64,000 nt of DNA from an uncultured Acidobacteriota bacterium (GTDB lineage Bacteria; Acidobacteriota; Thermoanaerobaculia; Multivoradales; JAHEKO01), in assembly GCA_963713825.1 (NCBI GenBank), contig CAVQNG010000004.1:160001-224000 (forward strand), read 5' to 3'. Shown piece after piece: positions 20,945-29,716 of the stretch. The notes under the pieces were generated by a model, which was not told the origin of the DNA, ran no database searches, and saw nothing but the letters and a program-made list of their open reading frames with translations. The position numbers were made by a program, and so were the translations under genes. Each line of letters starts with the position of its first letter. Positions within the stretch are counted from its first letter, which is position 1.

Positions 20945-22948
20945 CTAGATGGTCTGAGGCTGCTCTTGCAGGAACATCCCCGGTCGATACGCTGTGATTC
21001 GACCCGTGAAGGCGGAAGCAGCAACAGTCAAAGGTGAGGCCAAATAGAGCTTGCCGGGGCCTGAGCGGCCCTTGTAGTTGCGGTTGATCGCGGAAACAGT
21101 GACCTGATCGTCATTCTCCGAGACGCCAGGCCCGCACCCGATACAAGCTCCGCATCCGGGCTGGATGACCGTGACTCCTGCCTTGGCGAACGTCTCCATA
21201 AAGCCGTTCTCCCGGCAGTACTTCTCGACCGATTTCGAGCCCACCTGAATCAGAAAGACTACGCCGCGGGCGACCGTGAGACCGGCCTCCACGGCTTCCG
21301 CGACCACCTGGTGGTAGAAAATCAGGTCGTCGATCTTGCCCGCCGTGCAGCTGCCCCCGTAGGCGATGTCGATGGCGACTTCGTCGACCTCTTCGACCAG
21401 GGCCCCATTCGTGGGATCGGAGGGAACGCCGTGGTCCGGGTCTCCAGGATGCGCCACCATCGGCTGGATTGAAGCCAGATCGATGGTGTGAACTCCGCCG
21501 TCGTAATGCGCTTCTGGGTCGGCCTCAACCGCCCGCTGCCGAAGCTCGACCCCGTCGATTTCTGGTCGCCGCTGCTCGATCCAGCGGTAGGTTTCTTCAT
21601 CCGCCTCCACAATGGCGCCACGTGCGGAGCACTCCGTCGCCATATTGGTGAGTGTGGCTCTTTCGTCCATGGAAAGACTGGCGATACCGGGCCCGGTGAA
21701 CTCCATGACCCGGTTCAGCGTCATCTGAGGCCGAGCGAACTCGAGCAGAATGAACAGCATGAGGTCCTTGGCTGTTACGCCCTCTGGGAGGCGCCCTACC
21801 AATTCGAATCGAATCGACTCGGGCACCTCGACCGTCGTGAATCCCGAATGAATGAGATTGGCGTATTCAGTGGCGCCCACACCCCAGGCGAGAGCGTTGT
21901 TACAGCCCCCCATACAGGTGTGACTGTCCGTGGCTTGGATGAAGTCGCCTGGCGAGATCAGGACCTCGCGCGCCACCTCATGGCAGATCCCCGGTGAGAC
22001 ACCGTCCTTGGCTGAGAAGTCCTGGACTCCGGTGTGCCTTTGGAACTCCACCTGGAGCTCTCGTAGTCGCTCGATCTTGTCCATGAAGGGACGCATCCTG
22101 GGCACTTCGTCCGCGTAGATCAGGTGGTCCTCGAAAACCGCGAAGCGCCCCGCAGCCTCGATGCGGTAGTCGGTACCGTGCTCCTGCTCGAGGAAATACT
22201 GAACCTGAGCCGTTGTGAACTCGTGGGAGTAACCACCATCGACTTCGACCACGAGGCTGTCGCCCGGCTTGACGCATCGATCTCGAGCACCCAGAGCGTG
22301 ACGAGCCAGAACCTTCTCCGCCATGGTCATCGGCCGGCTTTCCGTGTTATTGGCCGGCCACTCGATCTCCTTCCGGGCGACAGACTTGGCAAGTGGGAAC
22401 AACCCCCCATGCCGCACGATGAGCTGGGTAATCGGATCGTACTCTCTGTAGAACTCCTCCAAGGGCACGCCATCGCCGGCCTGCAGCCGTTGGAGCGTCT
22501 CGTGGTCGGTCATCAGCACGCCCTGATTGATGTTGTTGGCGGCATGAATCGGCGCAAAGGAGGCCGCGACGGCGATCTTGATTCCGGACCATTTTTCCGC
22601 TTGAACGGCGGTCTCTCGGGAGCTTCCGACTCCCTTCCGGTGGCCGGAAACGATGACCTCGAAGTCACCGCCGTAGAGTGCGTCTCGTTCGAAGAGCCTC
22701 TCGCCATCGACGATCAGGCCGGCGTAGGCCTCACGCGCCAGATCCTCCGGTCGGTGGTTGAAGCACACCCAGGCCGGAGTCATGACATCGGTATTGATGT
22801 CGTCCAGGAGATCGTCGACTGTCAGATCCTCCATCTTGAGATCGAGCTCGCCGGCGAGCTGGCGGCGAATCAGCTCCGGATCCTTGGTCAAGAACAGGAC
22901 CCGTTTGCCCGGGGTCAAGTGCAATGTTTGTGGCGGCTTCAACGACAT
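20945..22948 (-). CDS. Aconitase-family hydro-lyase, fused LeuD-like swivel domain (N) plus LeuC-like [4Fe-4S] domain (C)
   Basis: DINTD and GSSRE (swivel); TMAEK, GICH, TDSHT, GSCT, PGCGACIG, NRNYKGR, LASP. Confidence 0.85.
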   Translation of the reverse strand: MSLKPPQTLHLTPGKRVLFLTKDPELIRRQLAGELDLKMEDLTVDDLLDDINTDVMTPAWVCFNHRPEDLAREAYAGLIVDGERLFERDALYGGDFEVIVSGHRKGVGSSRETAVQAEKWSGIKIAVAASFAPIHAANNINQGVLMTDHETLQRLQAGDGVPLEEFYREYDPITQLIVRHGGLFPLAKSVARKEIEWPANNTESRPMTMAEKVLARHALGARDRCVKPGDSLVVEVDGGYSHEFTTAQVQYFLEQEHGTDYRIEAAGRFAVFEDHLIYADEVPRMRPFMDKIERLRELQVEFQRHTGVQDFSAKDGVSPGICHEVAREVLISPGDFIQATDSHTCMGGCNNALAWGVGATEYANLIHSGFTTVEVPESIRFELVGRLPEGVTAKDLMLFILLEFARPQMTLNRVMEFTGPGIASLSMDERATLTNMATECSARGAIVEADEETYRWIEQRRPEIDGVELRQRAVEADPEAHYDGGVHTIDLASIQPMVAHPGDPDHGVPSDPTNGALVEEVDEVAIDIAYGGSCTAGKIDDLIFYHQVVAEAVEAGLTVARGVVFLIQVGSKSVEKYCRENGFMETFAKAGVTVIQPGCGACIGCGPGVSENDDQVTVSAINRNYKGRSGPGKLYLASPLTVAASAFTGRITAYRPGMFLQEQPQTI

Positions 22949-23135
22949 GTCCGATCAAGGGGGGGTCAGAGCGCCCTATTCTATCCATAGGTCTGGAAAT
23001 AGCCTCCTCGGGCACTACCGCAGGTGGCTCGAGGGCCACTGGATCCCTACCGACGCCAATCCGTTTTCCAACCAAGCAAGATCGATGAATAGCCTGCTAC
23101 GATCACTTCGCTGGCCTTGCAACGAGGAGCTCAGA

Positions 23136-24824
23136 ATGTCTCAGATCATCGAATGTGTTCCCAACTTCAGTGAAGGCCGCGACATGACCGTGATCCGGGA
23201 GATCACGGACGCGATCGAGAGCGTCGATGGTGTCGCTCTGCTGGATGTGGATCCCGGCCTGGCGACCAACCGCACCGTGGTGACGTTTGCTGGAGCCCCA
23301 GAGAACGTAGTCGAGGCCGCTGTGCGAGCAGCCCAGAAGGCGGCCGAGTTGATCGACATGCGGCAGCACCTGGGCGAGCACCCTCGGTTCGGAGCCATGG
23401 ACGTCTGCCCGCTGGTTCCGGTCTCGGGAATCTCGATCGAGGAGACCGCCTCCTATGCTCACCAGTTGGCCGAACGACTCGGGCGTGAAGTCGGCCTCAC
23501 TGTGTTCTGCTACGAGCACGCTGCGACCTCCGATGATCGCCAGAATCTGGCCAATGTAAGAGCCGGGGAATACGAAGGACTCAAGGAGAAGCTCGCCAAG
23601 CCAGAGTGGCAGCCAGACTACGGACCAGCCAAGGTCAACCTGCAGTCAGGAGCCACGGCAGTCGGGGCGAGAGAGTTTCTGATTGCCTACAACGTCAACC
23701 TGAATACGACCTCAACGCGAAGGGCCAATGCTGTGGCCTTCGATGTCCGAGAAAAGGGCCGAATCCAACGGACAGGCGACCCACTCACAGGCACCATCGT
23801 GCGCGACGACCAGGGCGAACCGGTCTACATTCCGGGCACTCTCGAGGCGGTCAAGGCCATTGGTTGGTTCATCGAGGAGTACGGCATCGCGCAAATCTCC
23901 ATGAACCTGACGGACCTGACACAAACCTCACTGCATAGGGCATTCGACGAGGTCTGTGAGAAGGCGGCGGCGCGAGGGATGCGGGTTACCGGTTCCGAAT
24001 TGGTCGGCCTCGTGCCCCTCGAAGCGATTCTGGAAGCCGGTCGTCACTACCTGCGCAAGCAGGGTCGCTCGCTTGGCGTACCCGATCACGAGATCATCAA
24101 GATCGCCGTCAAGTCTCTGGGGCTGGACGATCTCAAGCCCTTCGAGCCCGCGGACAAGATCATCGAATTCAATCTCGCGGCCCAGGTCCCTGCCAGGCCG
24201 CGACTCGTGGATCAGTCCCTGACGGCTTTCGTCGAGTCCACGGCGTCGGAATCACCGGCTCCAGGTGGAGGCTCGGTGTCGGCCGCCATAGGTGCGCTCG
24301 GCTCTGCGCTGGGAACGATGGTCGCCAATCTCTCTGCCCACAAGCGAGGCTGGGACGAGCGTTGGGAGGAATTCTCCGATTGGGCCGAGCAAGGCAAGGC
24401 TCTTTACGAGGAGCTTCTAAGGCTCGTGGACGAGGACACCGCCGCCTTCGACGGAATTCTCACCGCCTTGCGCCTGCCCCAATCCTCCGAAAGCGAAAGG
24501 GCTGAGCGTCACCAGGCCGTCCAGCAGGCCACGAGACATGCGATCGAGATACCTTTCCAGGTCATGCAGGCATCGCTCGAGTCCATGAAAGTCCTCGAAG
24601 CAATGGCGAGGGAGGGAAATCCCGCATCGGTCTCCGATGCCGGAGTCGGAGCCCTCTGTGCGCGGGCTGCGGCTCGCGGCGCCTACATGAACATGCAGAT
24701 CAACTCTGGCGACCTCGAAGACAAAGTCGCCGTCGCGGATCTTCTGGCTCGAGGGAAGGCTCTCGATGAGCAGGCTGCGACGCTCGAATCAGCGATTCTC
24801 GAGGTTGTCCACGAGAGACTGTGA
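23136..24824 (+). CDS. ftcD: Bifunctional glutamate formimidoyltransferase / formiminotetrahydrofolate cyclodeaminase
   Basis: IECVPNFSEGR, HPRFGAMDVCP, AQISMNL; cyclodeaminase PAPGGGS and SDAGVG; SD GAGGAG. Confidence 0.93.
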   Translation: MSQIIECVPNFSEGRDMTVIREITDAIESVDGVALLDVDPGLATNRTVVTFAGAPENVVEAAVRAAQKAAELIDMRQHLGEHPRFGAMDVCPLVPVSGISIEETASYAHQLAERLGREVGLTVFCYEHAATSDDRQNLANVRAGEYEGLKEKLAKPEWQPDYGPAKVNLQSGATAVGAREFLIAYNVNLNTTSTRRANAVAFDVREKGRIQRTGDPLTGTIVRDDQGEPVYIPGTLEAVKAIGWFIEEYGIAQISMNLTDLTQTSLHRAFDEVCEKAAARGMRVTGSELVGLVPLEAILEAGRHYLRKQGRSLGVPDHEIIKIAVKSLGLDDLKPFEPADKIIEFNLAAQVPARPRLVDQSLTAFVESTASESPAPGGGSVSAAIGALGSALGTMVANLSAHKRGWDERWEEFSDWAEQGKALYEELLRLVDEDTAAFDGILTALRLPQSSESERAERHQAVQQATRHAIEIPFQVMQASLESMKVLEAMAREGNPASVSDAGVGALCARAAARGAYMNMQINSGDLEDKVAVADLLARGKALDEQAATLESAILEVVHERL

Positions 24825-24830
24825 GCAGGA

Positions 24831-26209
24831 CTATTCGGCGACGCTGAGGCCGACGCCGAACCTGGCCCGCTCTCTGGCTGTTTCCAAGCGAGTTCCCAAC
24901 TCGTTGACGAAGGCCACTGTCATCTTCTCGACCTCCAACGCCTTGCGGCAGAAAGCCAGGGCAGCCAGAGTCTCTTGATGGATCTTCAGCGAACTGAAGA
25001 TCGTCAACATTTCCGATGCGAGAGCTTTCAACTCGCCGAGGCGGCCCTGGCGCAGATAAACGAGAGCCAAGTCGAGAGAGACGAGGGCTACATCGTGAGC
25101 CATTCCCTTGTCGACGAAGAACCGTTTGACTTCGAGAAAAGCCTCCTCCGCATCGATCAACTGTTCGGAATCGACCGCAATCTGCCCTTCCAACCACTTG
25201 AAACGCGTCAGATCGACGGCGTTGCTTATGCTTTGTGTGGATCTCCTGATCGCTGGGGAAAGGCTGGCTATGCTTCCTGAGATCGACCACATGCGATCAG
25301 ATAAATGACAGATTGTGATTTACCGCAAGAGCAAACGAGGTATGCCAAGCTTCATCATCTCACCAGAGCTATACTCTTTCTAGGGCCTCGACCGCCGATT
25401 CAGACTTTCCTTTGGTAAGTCAAGACATCGGCCATCGACAATGATGTTCGGCCCTCCAGATGATTCCTGACCTTCGAGTAGACCGCTCAATGGCCCGATC
25501 AAGGCATCGGCAACGCGCACGAAACTGTCTCTTCTCCGACAGGAGAGCGCTGCAAGGTCGCAAGTGACGTGGCCTCATCCGTGAGGGTGCTAGTCCCATC
25601 AGCGGCCAGTTCGCTTGCTATCCAAGGGCGCTGCGAGCCTGGCAGATCCGAACCGATTCGACATGCATTTCCCAAGAATGCATAGGCTTTGGCCCGAGAT
25701 CACGAACGAGCTCACTAGAGAATAAGTCACTTCCTTAAGAGAGTCAGCAATGGCGACTGCAAGGTGATCGTCAATTCAGAGACTGGATTCGGATCTTGTG
25801 CCCCCATCTCGAATCCCCGGTCGAGCGCCAGCTGACAAAGCTCAACAGATTTGAACCGCTCGCTGTTTTCGACCAGGATCACGCGCTGCTCGGGCGAATG
25901 AGCCATCAATTCCTGGAGCATCTCTTCCGGAGATGCTCCTGTTGCCCGCCTGCTCTCCTCTTCGGTCTGCTGGTCTCGATGAAGCAAGGCAACCAGCTCC
26001 GACTCTCTCTCGGGCGTCAGATCGTCCACGCACAACCTTCCAAGGTCCTCGATGCAGTCGACCATTTCACACAAGAATTCTCGACAAGAGCCGCACCAAT
26101 CACGATGGTGCTCGAATGACTCTCTATCCTGGCGAACCAGAGCATCTTCGAGATACTCGGTCACGTCGTTTCTGAACTGCACGCACGTGGCAGACGTTTG
26201 AGTCTTCAT
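24831..26209 (-). pseudogene. zf-HC2 anti-sigma domain fused to a TPR-like helical protein, frameshifted (copy 1)
   Basis: Intact N-part with HRDWCGSC and HSPEQRVILVENSERF; AKAYAFLGNACRIGSDLPG in another frame (~25638-25693); intact C-part RFKWLEGQIA...HDVALVSLDLALVYLRQGR; indels in ~25210-25790. Confidence 0.75.
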
Positions 26210-26214
26210 TGCTT

Positions 26215-26922
26215 CTATGACCTCTTGTTGATGTCCCGCAACGCTGCTCTGACCTGGACCCGGGCACGATGCAGCAGCACCCGTTGATGGGTCGACCGAA
26301 TCGTCAGCGCGTTACAGACTTCTTTCGAGGACCACCCTTCGACATCCCGGAGGGTGATGACGGCACGTTGCCGAAGCGGCAACTGCGCGATTGCCTTGGC
26401 CCGACGAGACTCCAACTCTCGCCGCAGGACCGTCGCTTCGGGTGATGGGATGTTGCTGCTGGTGCCCCAGACCCAGGGCGATTTCCCTGGACTCTGAACC
26501 TCCGAGATCGAGGCCCTTTCGAGGAGCTCGCAGCGTCCCGACTCTTCGCTTTCGAAGGAGGAGAGGGGAACACTGCGGCTCTCTCGCAAACCTCTCGTCT
26601 TGGCTCGATTGAGCAGAATTCCGAACAGCCAGGTCTTCAGCGTACTCCGGCTCTCGAACCGCGCAATTCCCTCGACCAAGGCCGTCCAGACTTCCTGTGC
26701 GACTTCCTCGGCTACCTCCCGACTCGACACATAGACCATGGCCACTCGCACCATCGAGCTGTGGTGCGCCCGGACTACTCGTGCGAAGACCTCCTCGTTC
26801 TTCGCAAGAAGGGCTTCGATCACCTCGGGGCCTTCGATAGCTCCAGGTTTGACTGGCAGGTTCGTCCTTGCGGCGGCCGAAGCCGAATCAGGAGTTGCAT
26901 TCTTCAGCGTGATTCGGGTCAA
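26215..26922 (-). CDS. ECF RNA polymerase sigma-70 factor
   Basis: Region 2 AEEVAQEVW...RFESRSTLKTWLFGI; region 4 LPLRQRAVITLRDVEGWSSKEVC...LHRAR. Confidence 0.9.
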   Translation of the reverse strand: MTRITLKNATPDSASAAARTNLPVKPGAIEGPEVIEALLAKNEEVFARVVRAHHSSMVRVAMVYVSSREVAEEVAQEVWTALVEGIARFESRSTLKTWLFGILLNRAKTRGLRESRSVPLSSFESEESGRCELLERASISEVQSPGKSPWVWGTSSNIPSPEATVLRRELESRRAKAIAQLPLRQRAVITLRDVEGWSSKEVCNALTIRSTHQRVLLHRARVQVRAALRDINKRS

Positions 26923-27268
26923 GCTCTTCGAAATACCAGTCGCATGAAATGAGGGCTGGCCAGACCAGTTGATTCCACTGCCCGGTTCCCCGTTTCGTTG
27001 CCTTTGCGGAGACCTACGACCTTGCAGCCACCCGCCGCCCAGGGAGATTCGACGTGCCGGAGTTGATTACGGGAAAACTCTGCATTGAACTCTTGTAGTC
27101 TATTGATCCGGTCACTCCCCTTCACTGGTGAGTCTTACAAGACCACCGAATCGTTACAGAGGGTCTTCAACATTCCAGCTTGTGGGGTTTGCTGGAGATA
27201 GTGGAACACCGCAAGGAACCTATTCGGCGCTCGGGTCCGAATGTCGAACACGGGTTTAGGTGCGGCTG

Positions 27269-28689
27269 CTAGGACTGGAGGGAAAGGTGTGGGTGGTTGC
27301 GGGCGTTCTTCAGGTAGACAGCCAGATCCCGAATCAGCCCGAACGACACTTTCTCCATTTCAACGGCTTGCTGAAATAGGACTAGAGCCGCAATCGCTTC
27401 GCCGACCGATCCCGAAGATTCCTATGAACAGCGTCAAGATTTCTGTGGTTAGCTGCTGCAGTGCGGAAATCCGGCTCTCTGACGAAGAACAAGGTCCCCA
27501 GATCCAGAGAGACTTGAGCTACATCGTGAGAGCCATTTCTGCTTCTACGAAGAAGACTCTCAGCTCGCAGAAAGCTGCTTCGGCAGAGCTAGCTCACCAT
27601 GCCCCTGAGAGATATTAGCCTTCAAGCCACTCCGAACCGCATCAGGTCAACTGCTGTTCCCAAGCTCTGTGTGCAATGCCCGCAGCTTCAGAGACCAACG
27701 CTAGACGCTTGATGATATCGACCGCATGCAGTAGAGATAGTAGACAAGGTTGTGCTTTGCTGCGAGCAGCAGCCTGATTTCCGTATGGGGTATCTGATTC
27801 GCTAAGACCATGGCCTGTGCAAAGTCGCCACAGCCTTCTCAAGATCACCCGAACTCACCCAGTTGAATCCTTTCGAGCATCATTGCGCTTCCCCGACGGT
27901 GCGCCCCGCCAAGACGGCGATAAGATCTTAATCGCCTTATCGAGAAGCATTTGAAGCCTTCCCTGAACCGAGATGCTCGGTGAGTCAAAGAGCACCCTGA
28001 AGACTTCAAGTCCAAGAATCTTGCTAGTTCAAGTTCGGATCGCCGGTGCCCTTTTCCAGCTCCCTCAAAGGCTGTTGGAGTGATTCGAAAGCCTCCAGCC
28101 CCGCAGATCTGACTTGATTCGAAGGCATTTGCCGAAGCAGCGCCAAGCTCTGGCCTTTGCGTCGTTCATCAACTCGGCAGTGTAGATCGCTCATCGAGAT
28201 GTCTCTGCGATCGCTACGTCCAAGCTCAGTTGGCTCGAGCGCCTCTTTTCGGACCTGAGGACCAGTGGCGAAACCGCGCTCCGTGCCAGCAATCGCACAA
28301 AGGCTCCAAGTCCTGAAATCGCTCGCTAGTTATCAACGAGCAGCAGTTGCTGCTCCGATGGGTGCGCTCCAGATCTCCCAAGCATCATCCGGAGCCAGGT
28401 TTCGTTTCGAAGGCTGATGAGCGCACCACTAAGTTCCAGAGTTCGGGGAAGAGCCTCTTGAAACATGCTCGAATCGCAACTGGAATCTCGTCTCAGCTTG
28501 CGACTCGTCAGGACTCTTGGGTTCTTCGATCTTCCAGCCTTTGAATCGCAAGGGGAAGGACTCGGGCAACATCCTGGCACTCGGGCAACTCCCAACAGAT
28601 GGCGGACTATCCCTTTTGCTTCTTAGCCCCAAGACTTGCCCCTCATGAACGCTCCAAACGAGTCGCCGGGAAGGATGCCAATCAGTCAT
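27269..28689 (-). pseudogene. Paralogous zinc-finger anti-sigma/TPR-like helical protein, heavily frameshifted (copy 2)
   Basis: Pieces across frames: MTDWHPS, GIVRHLL then C-P-x-C across indels, HPSEQQLLLVDN-SERF, AELMNDAKARAW...RIKSDLRG, AEAAFCELRVFFVE, HDVAQVSLDLG, EAIAALVLFQQAVEMEKVSFGLIRDLAVYLKNAR. Collinear with copy 1; the ATG overlaps the end of the sigma gene. Confidence 0.75.
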
Positions 28690-29221
28690 CTTGGCCTCCC
28701 TCGACGATCCCGCAAGCGACCATACTCCGAGTCAGGGCGGCCAGGCAGCGCTCAGTCACCTTGTAGATTCCTGATGCCTTGTAGCCGAGGCGCCGGGCGG
28801 CCTCGGGAGCGTCGCAGCCCTCCTGGTATCGAAGGGTGAGGAGGTTACGGCAGCGGGACGGCAGCTGCGTGAGAAGCGATCGCATGTCTTGCTGCAGATC
28901 GAGAGCCTCCTGCGGGCTTTCCCTGGTTGCCGCCAAATTCTCCAGCAAAGCCTCGTCCAAAGCGGTGTAGAGCTTGCGTCGCCGCTCTCGCCAGTAACTC
29001 AAACATCGGTTGCGGAGGGTTCCTATGAACCACTTCTCCGGGCTCTCGACGCTCTCTGATTTGTACAGATAGACCAGCAATGTTTGCTGTAAAAGGTCTT
29101 CCGAATCTTGAGGAGGAATCCGGAAACGCGCGAACGTCGCGCGGATTCGGGGCTCGAGCTCCTGCAGGAGCCCTTCAATGGCGGCATTCGAAGGTAGCGT
29201 AGATACTTCCATGAACTCCAT
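28682..29221 (-). CDS. ECF RNA polymerase sigma-70 factor
   Basis: RIPPQDSEDLLQQT, WFIGTLRNRC, LPSRCRNLLTLRYQEG...EAARRLG. Confidence 0.88.
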   Translation of the reverse strand: MEFMEVSTLPSNAAIEGLLQELEPRIRATFARFRIPPQDSEDLLQQTLLVYLYKSESVESPEKWFIGTLRNRCLSYWRERRRKLYTALDEALLENLAATRESPQEALDLQQDMRSLLTQLPSRCRNLLTLRYQEGCDAPEAARRLGYKASGIYKVTERCLAALTRSMVACGIVEGGQDD

Positions 29222-29332
29222 CCTCGAGCCCTAAGACTCGAAGACAGAGTAACACTGTGCCGGAAACTTGTCCAGCTTATAGAAACCCTGCAATAGGCAG
29301 TAAAACGCTAGTAATTCACTGCCAACTGTCCT

Positions 29333-29360
29333 GGGCTCGAAAGCCCCTCCCCAGGTGGGG
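29333..29360 (-). terminator. Twin GC hairpins between the micropeptide and the ECF sigma gene (possible terminator/attenuator)
   Basis: GGGCT-CGAA-AGCCC (29333-29346) and CCCC-AGGT-GGGG (29349-29360); no clear U tract. Confidence 0.35.
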
Positions 29361-29374
29361 GTTCAGCCAATGCC

Positions 29375-29452
29375 CTAGCCGTGCGGATCGATTTGAGCGC
29401 CCGCGTTCGACCCGAAGCCGAACAGGACCATGATGAATTTCATGAAGCTCAT
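29375..29452 (-). CDS. 25-aa micropeptide MSFMKFIMVLFGFGSNAGAQIDPHG (candidate signalling/precursor peptide)
   Basis: Strong SD GAAAGGGGG just upstream of ATG; hydrophobic N-half and polar C-terminal GAQIDPHG; co-oriented upstream of the sigma gene; below the ORF-track size cutoff. Confidence 0.65.
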   Translation of the reverse strand: MSFMKFIMVLFGFGSNAGAQIDPHG

Positions 29453-29629
29453 CCGTCCCCCTTTCGATTTCCCCGACAAGCCATAAAGATGACCGCGATG
29501 GCCGCCCTCGCCCGTCAGAAAACCCTCAAATGTCCCTCCCCTTCGAAAAGAGGAGGCCTTCAGCTAAGAGATTCCCCCATGCCAGTCAAACGTGGTTCAG
29601 CGCGACCGGCGAGAATCGTATGCGCGTAT

Positions 29630-29658
29630 AGCATAAGACAAATATGTCATGCGCGCAA
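29630..29658 (-). promoter_or_regulatory. Sigma70-type promoter for the micropeptide/sigma cassette, with an overlapping dyad
   Basis: TTGCGC-17 nt-TATGCT on the minus strand; GACA-N4-TGTC inverted repeat inside the spacer. Confidence 0.5.
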
Positions 29659-29716
29659 GCCCCCTATCGCTATGCACTGGCTGGTTTGTTGATAGGCTCA
29701 GGAGCCCGGAATCACT

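Noticed and set aside
22758-23135. N-terminal extension of FTCD
   Set aside because: Overlaps the divergent gene; the conserved start MSQIIECVPN has its own SD.
26919-27125. Second signalling peptide upstream of sigma 26215-26922
   Set aside because: The candidate ORFs lack a hydrophobic leader, a DPxG tail and a convincing SD.
28560-28589. 11-bp direct repeat ACTCGGGCAAC
   Set aside because: Only two copies, inside degraded coding sequence; plausible by chance or local slippage.
27241-28689. Small ORFs 27241-27618, 27642-27848, 28326-28595, 28429-28689 as separate genes
   Set aside because: Explained as frame fragments or antisense of one disrupted TPR gene.
24831-28689. Diversity-generating retroelement or programmed frameshifting
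   Set aside because: No reverse transcriptase, no near-identical TR/VR pair, the changes are indels rather than A-specific substitutions, and there are too many shifts for recoding.
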